Part shown: positions 56,201 through 63,555 of the stretch, piece by piece
Numbering within the stretch: position 1 is the stretch's first letter
Layout of the letters: every line of letters begins with the position of its first letter
Assembly: GCA_012964335.1 (NCBI GenBank)
Contig: DTUF01000032.1
Coordinates: 17,513-81,512 of the forward strand
Reading direction: 5' to 3'
DNA length: 64,000 bases
DNA from: Candidatus Poseidoniales archaeon
GTDB lineage: Archaea; Thermoplasmatota; Poseidoniia; Poseidoniales; Thalassarchaeaceae
Notes under the pieces: model-generated
What the model was told of the DNA's origin: nothing
Seen by the model: the letters and a program-made list of their open reading frames with translations, nothing else
Database searches by the model: none
Position numbers and translations under genes: made by a program

Positions 56201-56601
56201 GTACGACTCTTTACTTCAACGCAGCCGACAGCACGAACGGGCAGGAACTATGGCAGTTCGACACCAGCACCTCTACCTCAACAAGCAACCCCTCGATGGT
56301 CTACGACATCGTTTCCGGCTCGGGCGGCAGCAACCCCAATGATCTCACAGTAGTCGGGATGACTCTCTACTTCCGGGCCAACGACGGCACGAACGGGCAG
56401 GAACTATGGCAGTTCGACACCAGCACCTCTACCTCAACAAGCAACCCCTCGATGGTTTACGACATTAGTGCCGGCTCAGGTGACAGCAACCCCGAATACC
56501 TCGAAGCGGTCGGCACCTACCTCGTGTTCTGGGCATATCATCCCAGTTACGGTGTGGAGATGTGGGTCTGCGAGCCAGTGACTATTGTGACCTACTCGTA
56601 A
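53218..56601 (+). CDS. secreted/anchored protein: N-terminal signal-anchor, Cys-containing head, collagen-like G-X-Y tract, two Cys-rich modules, ~14 ELW-type (ELWxxD-T) propeller repeats
   Basis: LLVLLMLAATGGYMI anchor. About 48 G-X-Y triplets. Repeats of the form GTTLYFQANDGTNGQELWQFDTTS..SSSNPSMVYDI..GSGSSNP.YLE.V occur about 14 times, similar to the ELWxxDGT repeat family. Confidence 0.88.
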   Translation: MRKDVIASLLVLLMLAATGGYMIMNDGTDNDSPDNGDDNNEIGDEWDVYYVQSRDDLPTCGSTTLGRLYYVASAAGFETCTNVGWAFVNLTGPAGSTGLTGAEGANGAQGPAGVNGTDGADGAQGLDGTDGTDGANGVNGTDGDDGADGANGADGVNGTDGTDGADGADGANGADGLNGTGADGVNGVDGHDGTDGINGINGTDGQDGADGVDGLDGIDGINGINGTDGQDGADGVDGHSALARTSPESSGSNCADGGIKIEVGVDDNDDGVLQVSEVDQTNYVCNGADGQDGVNGTNGGASANSMLTSISAPSHAMCSGGGRIMQQGFDNGDGGGTAANGQLESGEIDYVMTLCTNMVVGLIADLDKSELGSHPTYLEAVGNTLYFRFDNGTNDYELWQFDTSTSTSTSNPSMVYDISRMNSGGDPRYIEAIGTTLYFQASDGTATGQHGTELWQFDTTSAASSTNPSMIYDIRNGTISSNPRYLKAVGTTLYFNAYDSNGQELWKFDTTSAASSSNPSMVYDIVSGAGSSNPLYLGSVGTTLYFNAIGGAVSGYELWQFDTTSTASSSNPSLVYDIIIGSDGSYPMYLESVGTTLYFQANDGTNGQELWQFDTTSTASSSNPSLVYNIWPGGHSYPTHLGAVGTTLYFQADDGRGYGRELWQFNTTSGASSGNPSMVQDFLIGVEGSEPNYPQAVGTSLYFVIEQSVGGGLWMLDTSAPSAISSELILPTPRTISFFDPQSSCLTEEVYGDKVYASTEHGLWQMDPASKSGIVVAHGMGGCHSEIIGDTMYHSVYFDGIGYELWKYNFTNGAEELVYDINSGSGDSAPEYLESVGTTLYFQADDGGGQQGRELWKFETTSTSSSSNPSMVYDIRYGSLDSNPNDLTAVGSTLYFQATDGTNGNELWQFDTTSAASSSNPSMVYDIWTYNNGSNPRYLESLGTTLYFQANDGTNGAELWQFDTTSAVSSSNPSMIYDIVSGSGSSNPEYLKIVGTTLYFNAADSTNGQELWQFDTSTSTSTSNPSMVYDIVSGSGGSNPNDLTVVGMTLYFRANDGTNGQELWQFDTSTSTSTSNPSMVYDISAGSGDSNPEYLEAVGTYLVFWAYHPSYGVEMWVCEPVTIVTYS
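53491..53931 (+). repeat. collagen-like G-X-Y tract (29 triplets, one register break at LNGTGADG, then 19 triplets), with an internal 72-nt tandem duplication
   Basis: I counted from G92 to G238 of the protein. X/Y positions are mostly Thr/Ala/Asp/Asn/Val, with few Pro. GACGGCATCAATGGAATAAACGGGACCGATGGACAGGACGGAG occurs at 53801-53843 and again at 53873-53915. Confidence 0.85.
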
Positions 56602-56719
56602 TCAATCCTCATTATCCCTCGTCTGCGCAACTGATCTAGCCTTCCAGAGCATGTTTAATCCAGTAATCAGAATACTAATGGAAAATAGACAACCCCTGAA
56701 TCTCGCAAGTATTGTAGTC

Positions 56720-56807
56720 ATTCATCATGTTGGAGATGAATTGTGGGACCTAGCACTGTAAATTAATGAACACAATCATCATTAATACCTATGATTAATG
56801 CAAAATA
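56720..56807. repeat. copy 2 of the duplicated segment, containing a non-functional relic of the PUA gene 3' end
   Basis: ATT CAT CAT GTT GGA GAT GAA TTG TGG GAC CTA GCA CTG TAA (IHHVGDELWDLAL*) at 56720-56761 mirrors the true PUA gene end at 53130-53171 (IHHVGDELWDLEL*). No PUA body lies upstream of it. Confidence 0.85.
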
Positions 56808-58832
56808 ATGCACAAGAAAGCGATAGCATCAATCTTCGCATTGCTGCTGTTGATTGCAGCAGCCGGATATATGATAATAAATAATGATGGAAATGACCCA
56901 AATTCACCGGCTGATGCTGGAGAATGGGACGTCTACTATGTACAAAGTGGGAGTGACCTTCCAAACTGTAACTCCGATACTAAGGGAAGATTGTATTATG
57001 TTGAGGATGATGCTGGATTCCAGACATGTACTAGTACTGGTTGGACATTTGTTGATCTCACCGGCTCGGCTGGACTAGTGGGCGCTGACGGTGTTGATGG
57101 CATGAACGGAACCGATGGAGCACTAGGTGCTCCTGGAGTCAACGGAACCGACGGCCAAGATGGTGCTGATGGTGAAAAAGGAAATGTCGGTGAGACTGGC
57201 GGTCAAGGATATCCTGGACAGGACGGTACTGATGGTGAAAAAGGAAATGTTGGAGAGACTGGCGACCAAGGAGATCCTGGACAGAACGGTACCGACGGAT
57301 TGGACGGCCACAGCGTACTGGCAGTGACTACCCCCGCACCCGCTGGCACTACCATGTATTGCTCCGAAGACGGAATCAGGATTGATGTAGGGGTTGATGT
57401 TAATGATAATGGCTCGCTTGAAGTCAGCGAAATACATTACACTCAATACATCTGTAACGGTGAGGGTGGTCAAGATGGCGTGAACGGTACGAATGGTAGC
57501 GCATCACCAAACACCATGCTGACTAGCATCTCTGCACCCACCCTGCAGGCGTGCTCATCGGGGGGACGCATCATGAAGCAAGGGCTAGACAATGCTGATG
57601 GGGGTGGAATAGCACAGAACGGTATTCTCGAATCGGGAGAGATTGACTACACCACAACCTACTGCAGTAACTTCGTGGTCACAAGACAGGCAGACATCAG
57701 TGGCGGCATCTTCAACGGGTATGCGAACGACATTGTTGTCATGGGCACACGGCTTTACTTCGAGGCAGGCGATGGAATAAGCGGCTACGAACTATGGGTT
57801 CACGAGACGACAAACGGATCAACATGGCAGGTGACCGACATCAGGAGCGGCATCTCCAGTGGGTTTGCGAACTACATTGTTGTCATGGGCACACGGCTCT
57901 ATTTCGAGGCAGATGATGGGAGTAGCGGCTACGAACTGTGGGCACACGAGACGACCAACGGATCAACATGGCAGGTTGCTGACATCAACCCTAGTGGTAA
58001 CGGGTATGCCTACGACCTCACAGTCATGGGCACACGGCTTTACTTCGAGGCTACCAACGGCATCAGCGGCGAAGAGTTGTGGGCACACGAGACGGCCAAC
58101 AACTCGACATGGCAGGTTGCCGACATCATGAGTGGCAGCGGCAACGGGTATGCGAACGACATTGTTGTCATGGGCACGCGGCTCTACTTTGAGGCGAAAG
58201 GTAGCACGGACGACTTTGAGCTCTGGGCGCATGAGTCAACCAACGACTCTACCTGGCAAGTCGCCGACATCAGTAATTCTGGCTTTGGCGGACGGGCTGC
58301 AGACATTACAGTCATGGGCACGCGGCTCTACTTTGAAGCGTGGACCTCAAGCAGCGGGCATGAACTGTGGGCACACGAGACCACCAACGACTCAACATGG
58401 CAGGTGGCTGAAATCTGGAGCGGGAGCGGCCATGGGAATGCTAACGAAATCACGGTCATGGCCACGCGGCTCTACTTCGAAGCGCAAGATGGAAGCAGCG
58501 GCGAAGAATTGTGGGTCCATGAGACGGTAAACGGTTCGACTTGGCAGGTGGCCGACATCAACAGCGGCGGTAGCGGTATGGCGAACGATATCACGGTCAT
58601 GGGCACACGGCTCTACTTTGAGGCGTATGATGGGAGTAGCGGCTACGAACTGTGGGTACACGATACTACCAGCGACTCAACTTGGCAAGTTGCCGACATC
58701 ATAAGTGGTAGCGGTAGCGGGATGGCGAACGATATCACAGTCATAGGCACACGGCTCTACTTTGAGGCGCAAGGTAACAGTGGCGTTGAACTACACATGA
58801 TGGAAATAGAGCACTCAATTACTTACAATTAA
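56808..58832 (+). CDS. paralog of 53218..56601: signal-anchor, conserved head, 27 G-X-Y triplets, Cys-rich modules, 8 ELW-type repeats (one propeller)
   Basis: The head EWDVYYVQSGSDLPNCNSDTKGRLYYVEDDAGFQTCTSTGWTFVDLTG aligns with EWDVYYVQSRDDLPTCGSTTLGRLYYVASAAGFETCTNVGWAFVNLTG of the first gene. Repeats are MGTRLYFEA.DG.SG.ELW.HETTN.STWQVADI. Confidence 0.88.
   Translation: MHKKAIASIFALLLLIAAAGYMIINNDGNDPNSPADAGEWDVYYVQSGSDLPNCNSDTKGRLYYVEDDAGFQTCTSTGWTFVDLTGSAGLVGADGVDGMNGTDGALGAPGVNGTDGQDGADGEKGNVGETGGQGYPGQDGTDGEKGNVGETGDQGDPGQNGTDGLDGHSVLAVTTPAPAGTTMYCSEDGIRIDVGVDVNDNGSLEVSEIHYTQYICNGEGGQDGVNGTNGSASPNTMLTSISAPTLQACSSGGRIMKQGLDNADGGGIAQNGILESGEIDYTTTYCSNFVVTRQADISGGIFNGYANDIVVMGTRLYFEAGDGISGYELWVHETTNGSTWQVTDIRSGISSGFANYIVVMGTRLYFEADDGSSGYELWAHETTNGSTWQVADINPSGNGYAYDLTVMGTRLYFEATNGISGEELWAHETANNSTWQVADIMSGSGNGYANDIVVMGTRLYFEAKGSTDDFELWAHESTNDSTWQVADISNSGFGGRAADITVMGTRLYFEAWTSSSGHELWAHETTNDSTWQVAEIWSGSGHGNANEITVMATRLYFEAQDGSSGEELWVHETVNGSTWQVADINSGGSGMANDITVMGTRLYFEAYDGSSGYELWVHDTTSDSTWQVADIISGSGSGMANDITVIGTRLYFEAQGNSGVELHMMEIEHSITYN
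57063..57308 (+). repeat. collagen-like G-X-Y tract (27 triplets) with an internal GEKGNVGETG.QG.PGQ.GTDG duplication
   Basis: I counted from G86 to G167 of the protein. There is no register break. Confidence 0.85.
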
Positions 58833-60305
58833 TTAGTAAATTGGCGTCTCATCGAGATAGAATACGAGATTTACTACCCACCAAGAAATCATGTCAAATG
58901 ACTCGCACAGGTTTTGCTGACCTGTGCCATTGTTGTTCTCCATCCAATCGACCATTTCGTTGAGGGTGTCGCACGGTGCGTGGTAGCAATCGTAGCCTCC
59001 CGTGATAGCACCGAAATCCATTGAGACCACGTCAAGCCGGTCTGCAAACTGAACATAATCGCTCCTGCCCCTCTGTGATTCATGTACAGATATAGTGTCA
59101 GGATGAGTATGGTCGTGGTCCTTCATCGCCGCATATCCTTCTGAATAGTATAGGTCACGGCCATTTCGGAGAGTTTTAGCAATATCATTGTTGTTTGAGC
59201 CAAGCCATTCTGTCATGTGAATAAACTCCCACTGCTCACCCAACTCATCATCTGTATCTGGAATAACGTCCATCACCAAAGTGTAGTCACCTGGAAAGTT
59301 GACTCCAGCACTGTCGATGTTGAGATAATTGGTGATGGTGACTTCACTAGGAATATTGTCAATCCATCTATCAACACCGTCGTAGCCATTCTCTTCATTA
59401 GACCAGAAGCATACTGCAAGAGTCCTACGAAGGTCAAACTCAGTCAACCCACTAGCAGCCTCAAGCATCATCGCCACACCGGCACCATTGTCATGTGCTC
59501 CAATATGTGTACCACCTCCCGGTCCACTACCAACCTCTGCGATATCGAGATGTGCGCCTAGAACAAGCCATTCATCAGGAAACAATGTTCCTGTTTTGTA
59601 ACCACAAACATTCACTGCGAATGGTGAACTTGAACTCTCATAGCGATGAATCTGAGCATCAAATCCCATTGATCCCAACTGACTCCTGAGAAATCCAGCC
59701 GCTCTTTCGTACGCTGGGTCGCGCCAAACTAATGGGCCCCAACGCTCATTGTATCCAGAGTTAGAATCTGTGAACATGTCCATCCACTCATAGACCGAAT
59801 ACCCGTCAACCAAGCCTGTGCTGTGGTTGGCCCCCTCACTAAGAGATATACCAGAACGCGGGTTACGGAAAACAGGATGTTTCACATAGGAATATTTCGA
59901 GTCAAACTCGCTTGAATTAAACCACTCATCCCAACTCTGGTTGGTCGCCCGCATTGACCAACTTTCTTGGTTCTCCTCACCTACAAGAAAATGAGCAAAC
60001 TCAAGGTTGGATGGGGCAAGCATTTGGATTGATTGAGTTTCTTTGCCATCGAAGTGAAGTGTCGTGTTGTTGGTAACATATCCTGATTCAGCGTCCATCA
60101 CGAAATAGGGAATATGTACACTCATCCCCATCTTTGCAGTGAATTCTACATACTGGAATTGAGCGCCTGAGAGAACCTCTGGAAAGATTACCAAATCGGA
60201 TGCTGATGGTTCTGGCTCGTCCTGAGCCATGCATCCTGTAAGGGCAGGTAGCAAAAGAAACGCAACTAAGTATGCTGAAAGGCGGCCCCGCATCACTACG
60301 GACAT
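58833..60305 (-). CDS. M28-family metallo-aminopeptidase, probable lipoprotein
   Basis: LGAHLDIAEVGSGPGGGTHIGAHDNGAGVAMMLEAASGL and FWSNEENGYDG (M28 zinc ligand regions). I place the start at the ATG at 60305, giving MSVVMRGRLSAYLVAFLLLPALTGC (signal plus lipobox-like LTGC). The upstream 67 codons of the ORF look spurious. Confidence 0.85.
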   Translation of the reverse strand: MSVVMRGRLSAYLVAFLLLPALTGCMAQDEPEPSASDLVIFPEVLSGAQFQYVEFTAKMGMSVHIPYFVMDAESGYVTNNTTLHFDGKETQSIQMLAPSNLEFAHFLVGEENQESWSMRATNQSWDEWFNSSEFDSKYSYVKHPVFRNPRSGISLSEGANHSTGLVDGYSVYEWMDMFTDSNSGYNERWGPLVWRDPAYERAAGFLRSQLGSMGFDAQIHRYESSSSPFAVNVCGYKTGTLFPDEWLVLGAHLDIAEVGSGPGGGTHIGAHDNGAGVAMMLEAASGLTEFDLRRTLAVCFWSNEENGYDGVDRWIDNIPSEVTITNYLNIDSAGVNFPGDYTLVMDVIPDTDDELGEQWEFIHMTEWLGSNNNDIAKTLRNGRDLYYSEGYAAMKDHDHTHPDTISVHESQRGRSDYVQFADRLDVVSMDFGAITGGYDCYHAPCDTLNEMVDWMENNNGTGQQNLCESFDMISWWVVNLVFYLDETPIY

Positions 60306-60364
60306 ACCTCTCAATCGTATAATTTGATTCGTGTGAATTTCTTGAACCGATAACATGAGGTTTG

Positions 60365-60940
60365 ATGAAGGTTGACGCCCCCCGTATAACCATGAAGAGA
60401 GGTATTGCACTCGCTCTTTGCGCATTACTCCTCCTCCCTGCAGTATCTGCAAGTGAGGGTGGTGTGAACCAAGATTTGGATATAGAAGGCACATCAATTT
60501 CTGCAATCAGTACCCCAAGTGAGTCAAGTGATGGTGTTGAATTTGACATCACTGTAACACTTGACCAAGAGGCTGCAAATAACGGAACCAATGTTTCGTG
60601 GACATGGCAGGTTTGCCTCAATAGTGGGGTATGTCTTGCTCCTGTACCTGAAGAATTGACTTCTAATGATGGTGGGACTACTTGGATTACAACCATGACT
60701 CCTGTTGAAGATCACTCTTACGTCAATTATCGCATCACACTTGGATACGACGACGGTAATTCATCTACATACCCTGAATCGGGTTGGGGGGGTAAGGTTT
60801 GGTCAGACTGCTGGGTTGCTGGTAATACATCTGGAGGGTCTGCTTGTGAAGACGGTGGTGGTTTGCCAGGATTCACTATGTTAGCAACTGTCAGCGTTCT
60901 TGGAATGATGGCTATTGCAGTGCGTAGAATGGATAATTGA
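60365..60940 (+). CDS. small secreted protein with PGF-CTERM archaeal sorting signal
   Basis: N-terminal signal MKRGIALALCALLLLPAVSA. The C-terminus GGGLPGFTMLATVSVLGMMAIAVRRMDN has PGF, a hydrophobic helix and basic residues, which is the PGF-CTERM/archaeosortase A target architecture. The start could be ATG 60365 or ATG 60389. Confidence 0.75.
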   Translation: MKVDAPRITMKRGIALALCALLLLPAVSASEGGVNQDLDIEGTSISAISTPSESSDGVEFDITVTLDQEAANNGTNVSWTWQVCLNSGVCLAPVPEELTSNDGGTTWITTMTPVEDHSYVNYRITLGYDDGNSSTYPESGWGGKVWSDCWVAGNTSGGSACEDGGGLPGFTMLATVSVLGMMAIAVRRMDN

Positions 60941-61029
60941 ACTATCCAACCCAATTGAATATTGGTTTCTCATAGTAGTAATCACTTAGACCCGACCGAG
61001 TTACCGTGAGGTTGAGCGAGGTTGTTAGA

Positions 61030-62391
61030 ATGACCGGTGAAATGACGATTAAGGAAATCAATAGATTGAGAAAAGAGTTCTCTGCAGATAAGGATGCAAG
61101 AATAGTTCAGAATGCGGTGACCCAAACCACAGTTCAGGAAATTGCTCTGTCTAGGGAGGTTGTTGCTTCAACCGATTTCACATTCTCTACGAAGATTGAT
61201 GAATGGAAAGTAACCAATCAGAAAGCTAGTGGGCGCTGTTGGCTTTTTGCTGTATTGAATCTTATGCGACCTGGCGCAATGGAGAAAATGAATATCAAAG
61301 AATTTGAGTTTTCACAAGCATATGTACATTTTTGGGACAAATTTGAGCGGGCGAATCACAACTTGGAAGCAATGATTGTTACCTCAGACCGTGAATTAGA
61401 TGACCGAACGATTGGATTTATTCTTGATAACCCAAGTGAGGATGGCGGCCAATGGAACATGGCAATCAATGTCATCAACAAACATGGTATGGTACCAAAA
61501 TCAGCTTACCCAGAATCACAATCTTCCTCTTCAACTCGCTGGATGAATGCTAACCTACGACTACTTGTGCGCTCAATTGCAAGTGAAATCAGAGGTATGA
61601 TTGATGATGGTGGCTCAAAGGCTCAGGCAAGAGCGCACAAAAAGAAACGAATGCAAGATGTTTGGAGACTACTTTGCATTCACCTTGGAACCCCTCCAAC
61701 AGAATTTGAGTGGTCGTGGAGAGATAAGGACAACGAGTTCCATACTAGAGGAACTATGACGCCGCACGAATTCTTGGAGGAATTTGTGACTATTGATTAC
61801 AATGATTACGTCTGTCTTGTGAATGATCCAAGAAATGATTTAATGCAGACTTACACCGTTGATTTCCTGCAAAATGTGGTCGGTGGACCGCCGGTAGAGT
61901 ACCTGAATATTTCAATTGAAGAAATGAAAACTGTAACTAGAAAATTATTGGAGGATGGCACCACCGTTTGGATGGGTTGTGATGTCGGAAAACACATGCA
62001 CCGTAAACTCGGGCTTTGGGATGCTAAGCTGTTTGAGTTCGAAGAGATGTATGGGATTGAATTCGGACTAGACAAAAAGGATAGATTGGACTACCATCAC
62101 TCGTTGATGACTCACGCAATGCTGTTCACTGGTGTTGACGCCGACAAAAACGGTGTACGCAAGTGGCGAGTTGAGAACTCATGGGGCGCAAAGAATTCCG
62201 GCGACGATGGATATTACACGATGAATGACTCTTGGTTTGACCAATACATGTTTGAGATTGCCGCTCCTAAATCCCACCTCACTGCTGCGATGCGAAAGGC
62301 GCTTGATACCAAACCGGTTGTTCTACCGGCCTGGGACCCAATGGGTTCGCTTGCTTGTTCTAACTGTGGTAGCGACGATGAGAACCGTTGA
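61030..62391 (+). CDS. pepC: aminopeptidase C / bleomycin hydrolase family cysteine peptidase (C1B)
   Basis: Active-site QKASGRCWLFAVLNLMR, HAMLFTGVD (His) and WRVENSWG (Asn) in the bleomycin-hydrolase arrangement. Confidence 0.9.
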   Translation: MTGEMTIKEINRLRKEFSADKDARIVQNAVTQTTVQEIALSREVVASTDFTFSTKIDEWKVTNQKASGRCWLFAVLNLMRPGAMEKMNIKEFEFSQAYVHFWDKFERANHNLEAMIVTSDRELDDRTIGFILDNPSEDGGQWNMAINVINKHGMVPKSAYPESQSSSSTRWMNANLRLLVRSIASEIRGMIDDGGSKAQARAHKKKRMQDVWRLLCIHLGTPPTEFEWSWRDKDNEFHTRGTMTPHEFLEEFVTIDYNDYVCLVNDPRNDLMQTYTVDFLQNVVGGPPVEYLNISIEEMKTVTRKLLEDGTTVWMGCDVGKHMHRKLGLWDAKLFEFEEMYGIEFGLDKKDRLDYHHSLMTHAMLFTGVDADKNGVRKWRVENSWGAKNSGDDGYYTMNDSWFDQYMFEIAAPKSHLTAAMRKALDTKPVVLPAWDPMGSLACSNCGSDDENR

Positions 62392-63092
62392 TGGCTGATG
62401 AGGGCTTCGGCCACGTTATGTCGGAGAATCAAGAAGGCTTTGTGCCGCTTGTTTTTCACGAAGTTTCAGCGACTGAAATGGAATCTCGCTCCTCAGAATT
62501 TCTTGAGTTGATGGCCAGTCGGCGTACAACCCGGCATTTCTCAACCCGCTCGGTTTCGCGCACACTGATTGAGAATGCCATCATGACGGGAAGCACCGCT
62601 CCATCCGGCGCACATCTACAACCCTGGACCTTTGTGGCAATTTCAGATGATGCAGTGAAAGCAAAAATCCGCGCCGCTGCCGAAGTCGAAGAGAAGCGAT
62701 TCTACGAAGAGAGAATCCCAGACGAATGGGAAGAGGTCTTGGCACCTCTAGGAACTGACTATGTGAAGGAGCATATCACTGATGCACCGTGGCTAATTGT
62801 TCTTTTCCGCCACACCCAAAGAAAAAGGGAAAATGGCGAGTGGTCTCCCACTTACTACTCTCAAGAATCGTGCGGGATAGCGGCTGGAATGTTCATTTCT
62901 GCAATCCACAATATGGGTTTGGTTACCCTCACTCACACACCCTCACCAATGGGTTTTCTCGGTGAGATATTGGGGCGAGGAGAACATGAGAAAGCGATGT
63001 TGCTGATGCCTGTTGGTTATCCTGCTGATGGCGCTGAAGTCCCAAATCTTCAGCGCAAGGCGCTTGATGAAATTTCAGATTTCATTGAGTGA
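62391..63092 (+). CDS. nitroreductase superfamily flavoprotein, iodotyrosine-deiodinase/dehalogenase-like subfamily
   Basis: RRTTRHFSTRSV...TGSTAPSGAHLQPWTFVAISD...KIRAAAEVEEKRFYEERIPDEWEEVLAPLGTDYVKEHITDAPWLIVLF follows the IYD-type pattern. The ATG overlaps the pepC stop (TGATG). Confidence 0.8.
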   Translation: MADEGFGHVMSENQEGFVPLVFHEVSATEMESRSSEFLELMASRRTTRHFSTRSVSRTLIENAIMTGSTAPSGAHLQPWTFVAISDDAVKAKIRAAAEVEEKRFYEERIPDEWEEVLAPLGTDYVKEHITDAPWLIVLFRHTQRKRENGEWSPTYYSQESCGIAAGMFISAIHNMGLVTLTHTPSPMGFLGEILGRGEHEKAMLLMPVGYPADGAEVPNLQRKALDEISDFIE

Positions 63093-63555
63093 GAAGATGA
63101 TGCTCACACAGTCTGCTGAGTAGACGTCGTGATTCAATTCCCCACTGTAACATGGTGACTTCTGCGCTAGACCTGTCATCAGCAAGTTCGCCAGCAATCA
63201 TACCTGGAGCTGCTAAGTCAGAAGGCACTAGAGGCAGGTTTGAGCCATTAATTGCAAATGAGACACCGCCCTTTTTTCTGATGCTTGCGGTTATGAACCC
63301 AGTAACTGAAACTTCTTCCTCACCCGTTTCTACTTCTGCTTCCTTCAGAGTAGTTCTTAGAAATCTCTTAATCGCAGATAACAATTGCTCCGAATCATCT
63401 TCACCCGCAGAGGCAGGTAAGCCATGCTCATGCTCACCTGATGCGGCGCCATAAGCGCCAAGAAATGGTAAATCAGTATCATGTTGGGCTAGTAGGTCAC
63501 CTAATCCCCGACCCAAGCCTTTCTTGGAATCACTCTTTTTTGGGGTTTTACTCAT
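63082..63555 (-). CDS. hypothetical protein carrying a ParB-like N-terminal peptide (KKGLGRGLGDLL) but no recognisable ParB HTH/ParB-box
   Basis: MSKTPKKSDSKKGLGRGLGDLLAQ resembles the conserved Lys/Arg-GLGRGLxALL N-terminus of chromosomal ParB/Spo0J. The remaining ~135 aa are acidic and unrelated by eye. The ATG at 63555 overlaps the parA stop by 8 nt (ATGAGTAA). Confidence 0.6.
   Translation of the reverse strand: MSKTPKKSDSKKGLGRGLGDLLAQHDTDLPFLGAYGAASGEHEHGLPASAGEDDSEQLLSAIKRFLRTTLKEAEVETGEEEVSVTGFITASIRKKGGVSFAINGSNLPLVPSDLAAPGMIAGELADDRSSAEVTMLQWGIESRRLLSRLCEHHLLTQ

Noticed and set aside
53400-58832. Regular periodic DNA repeats that might suggest a CRISPR array or satellite
   Set aside because: The periodicity (~141-156 nt) is in frame within long ORFs and encodes ELW-type propeller blades. 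There are no short identical repeats separated by unique spacers.
60088-60696. 202-aa minus-strand ORF spanning the divergent intergenic region
   Set aside because: It overlaps both the M28 peptidase 5' end (a different frame of the same strand) and the PGF-CTERM gene (antisense). Both of those have clear signal peptides and motifs.
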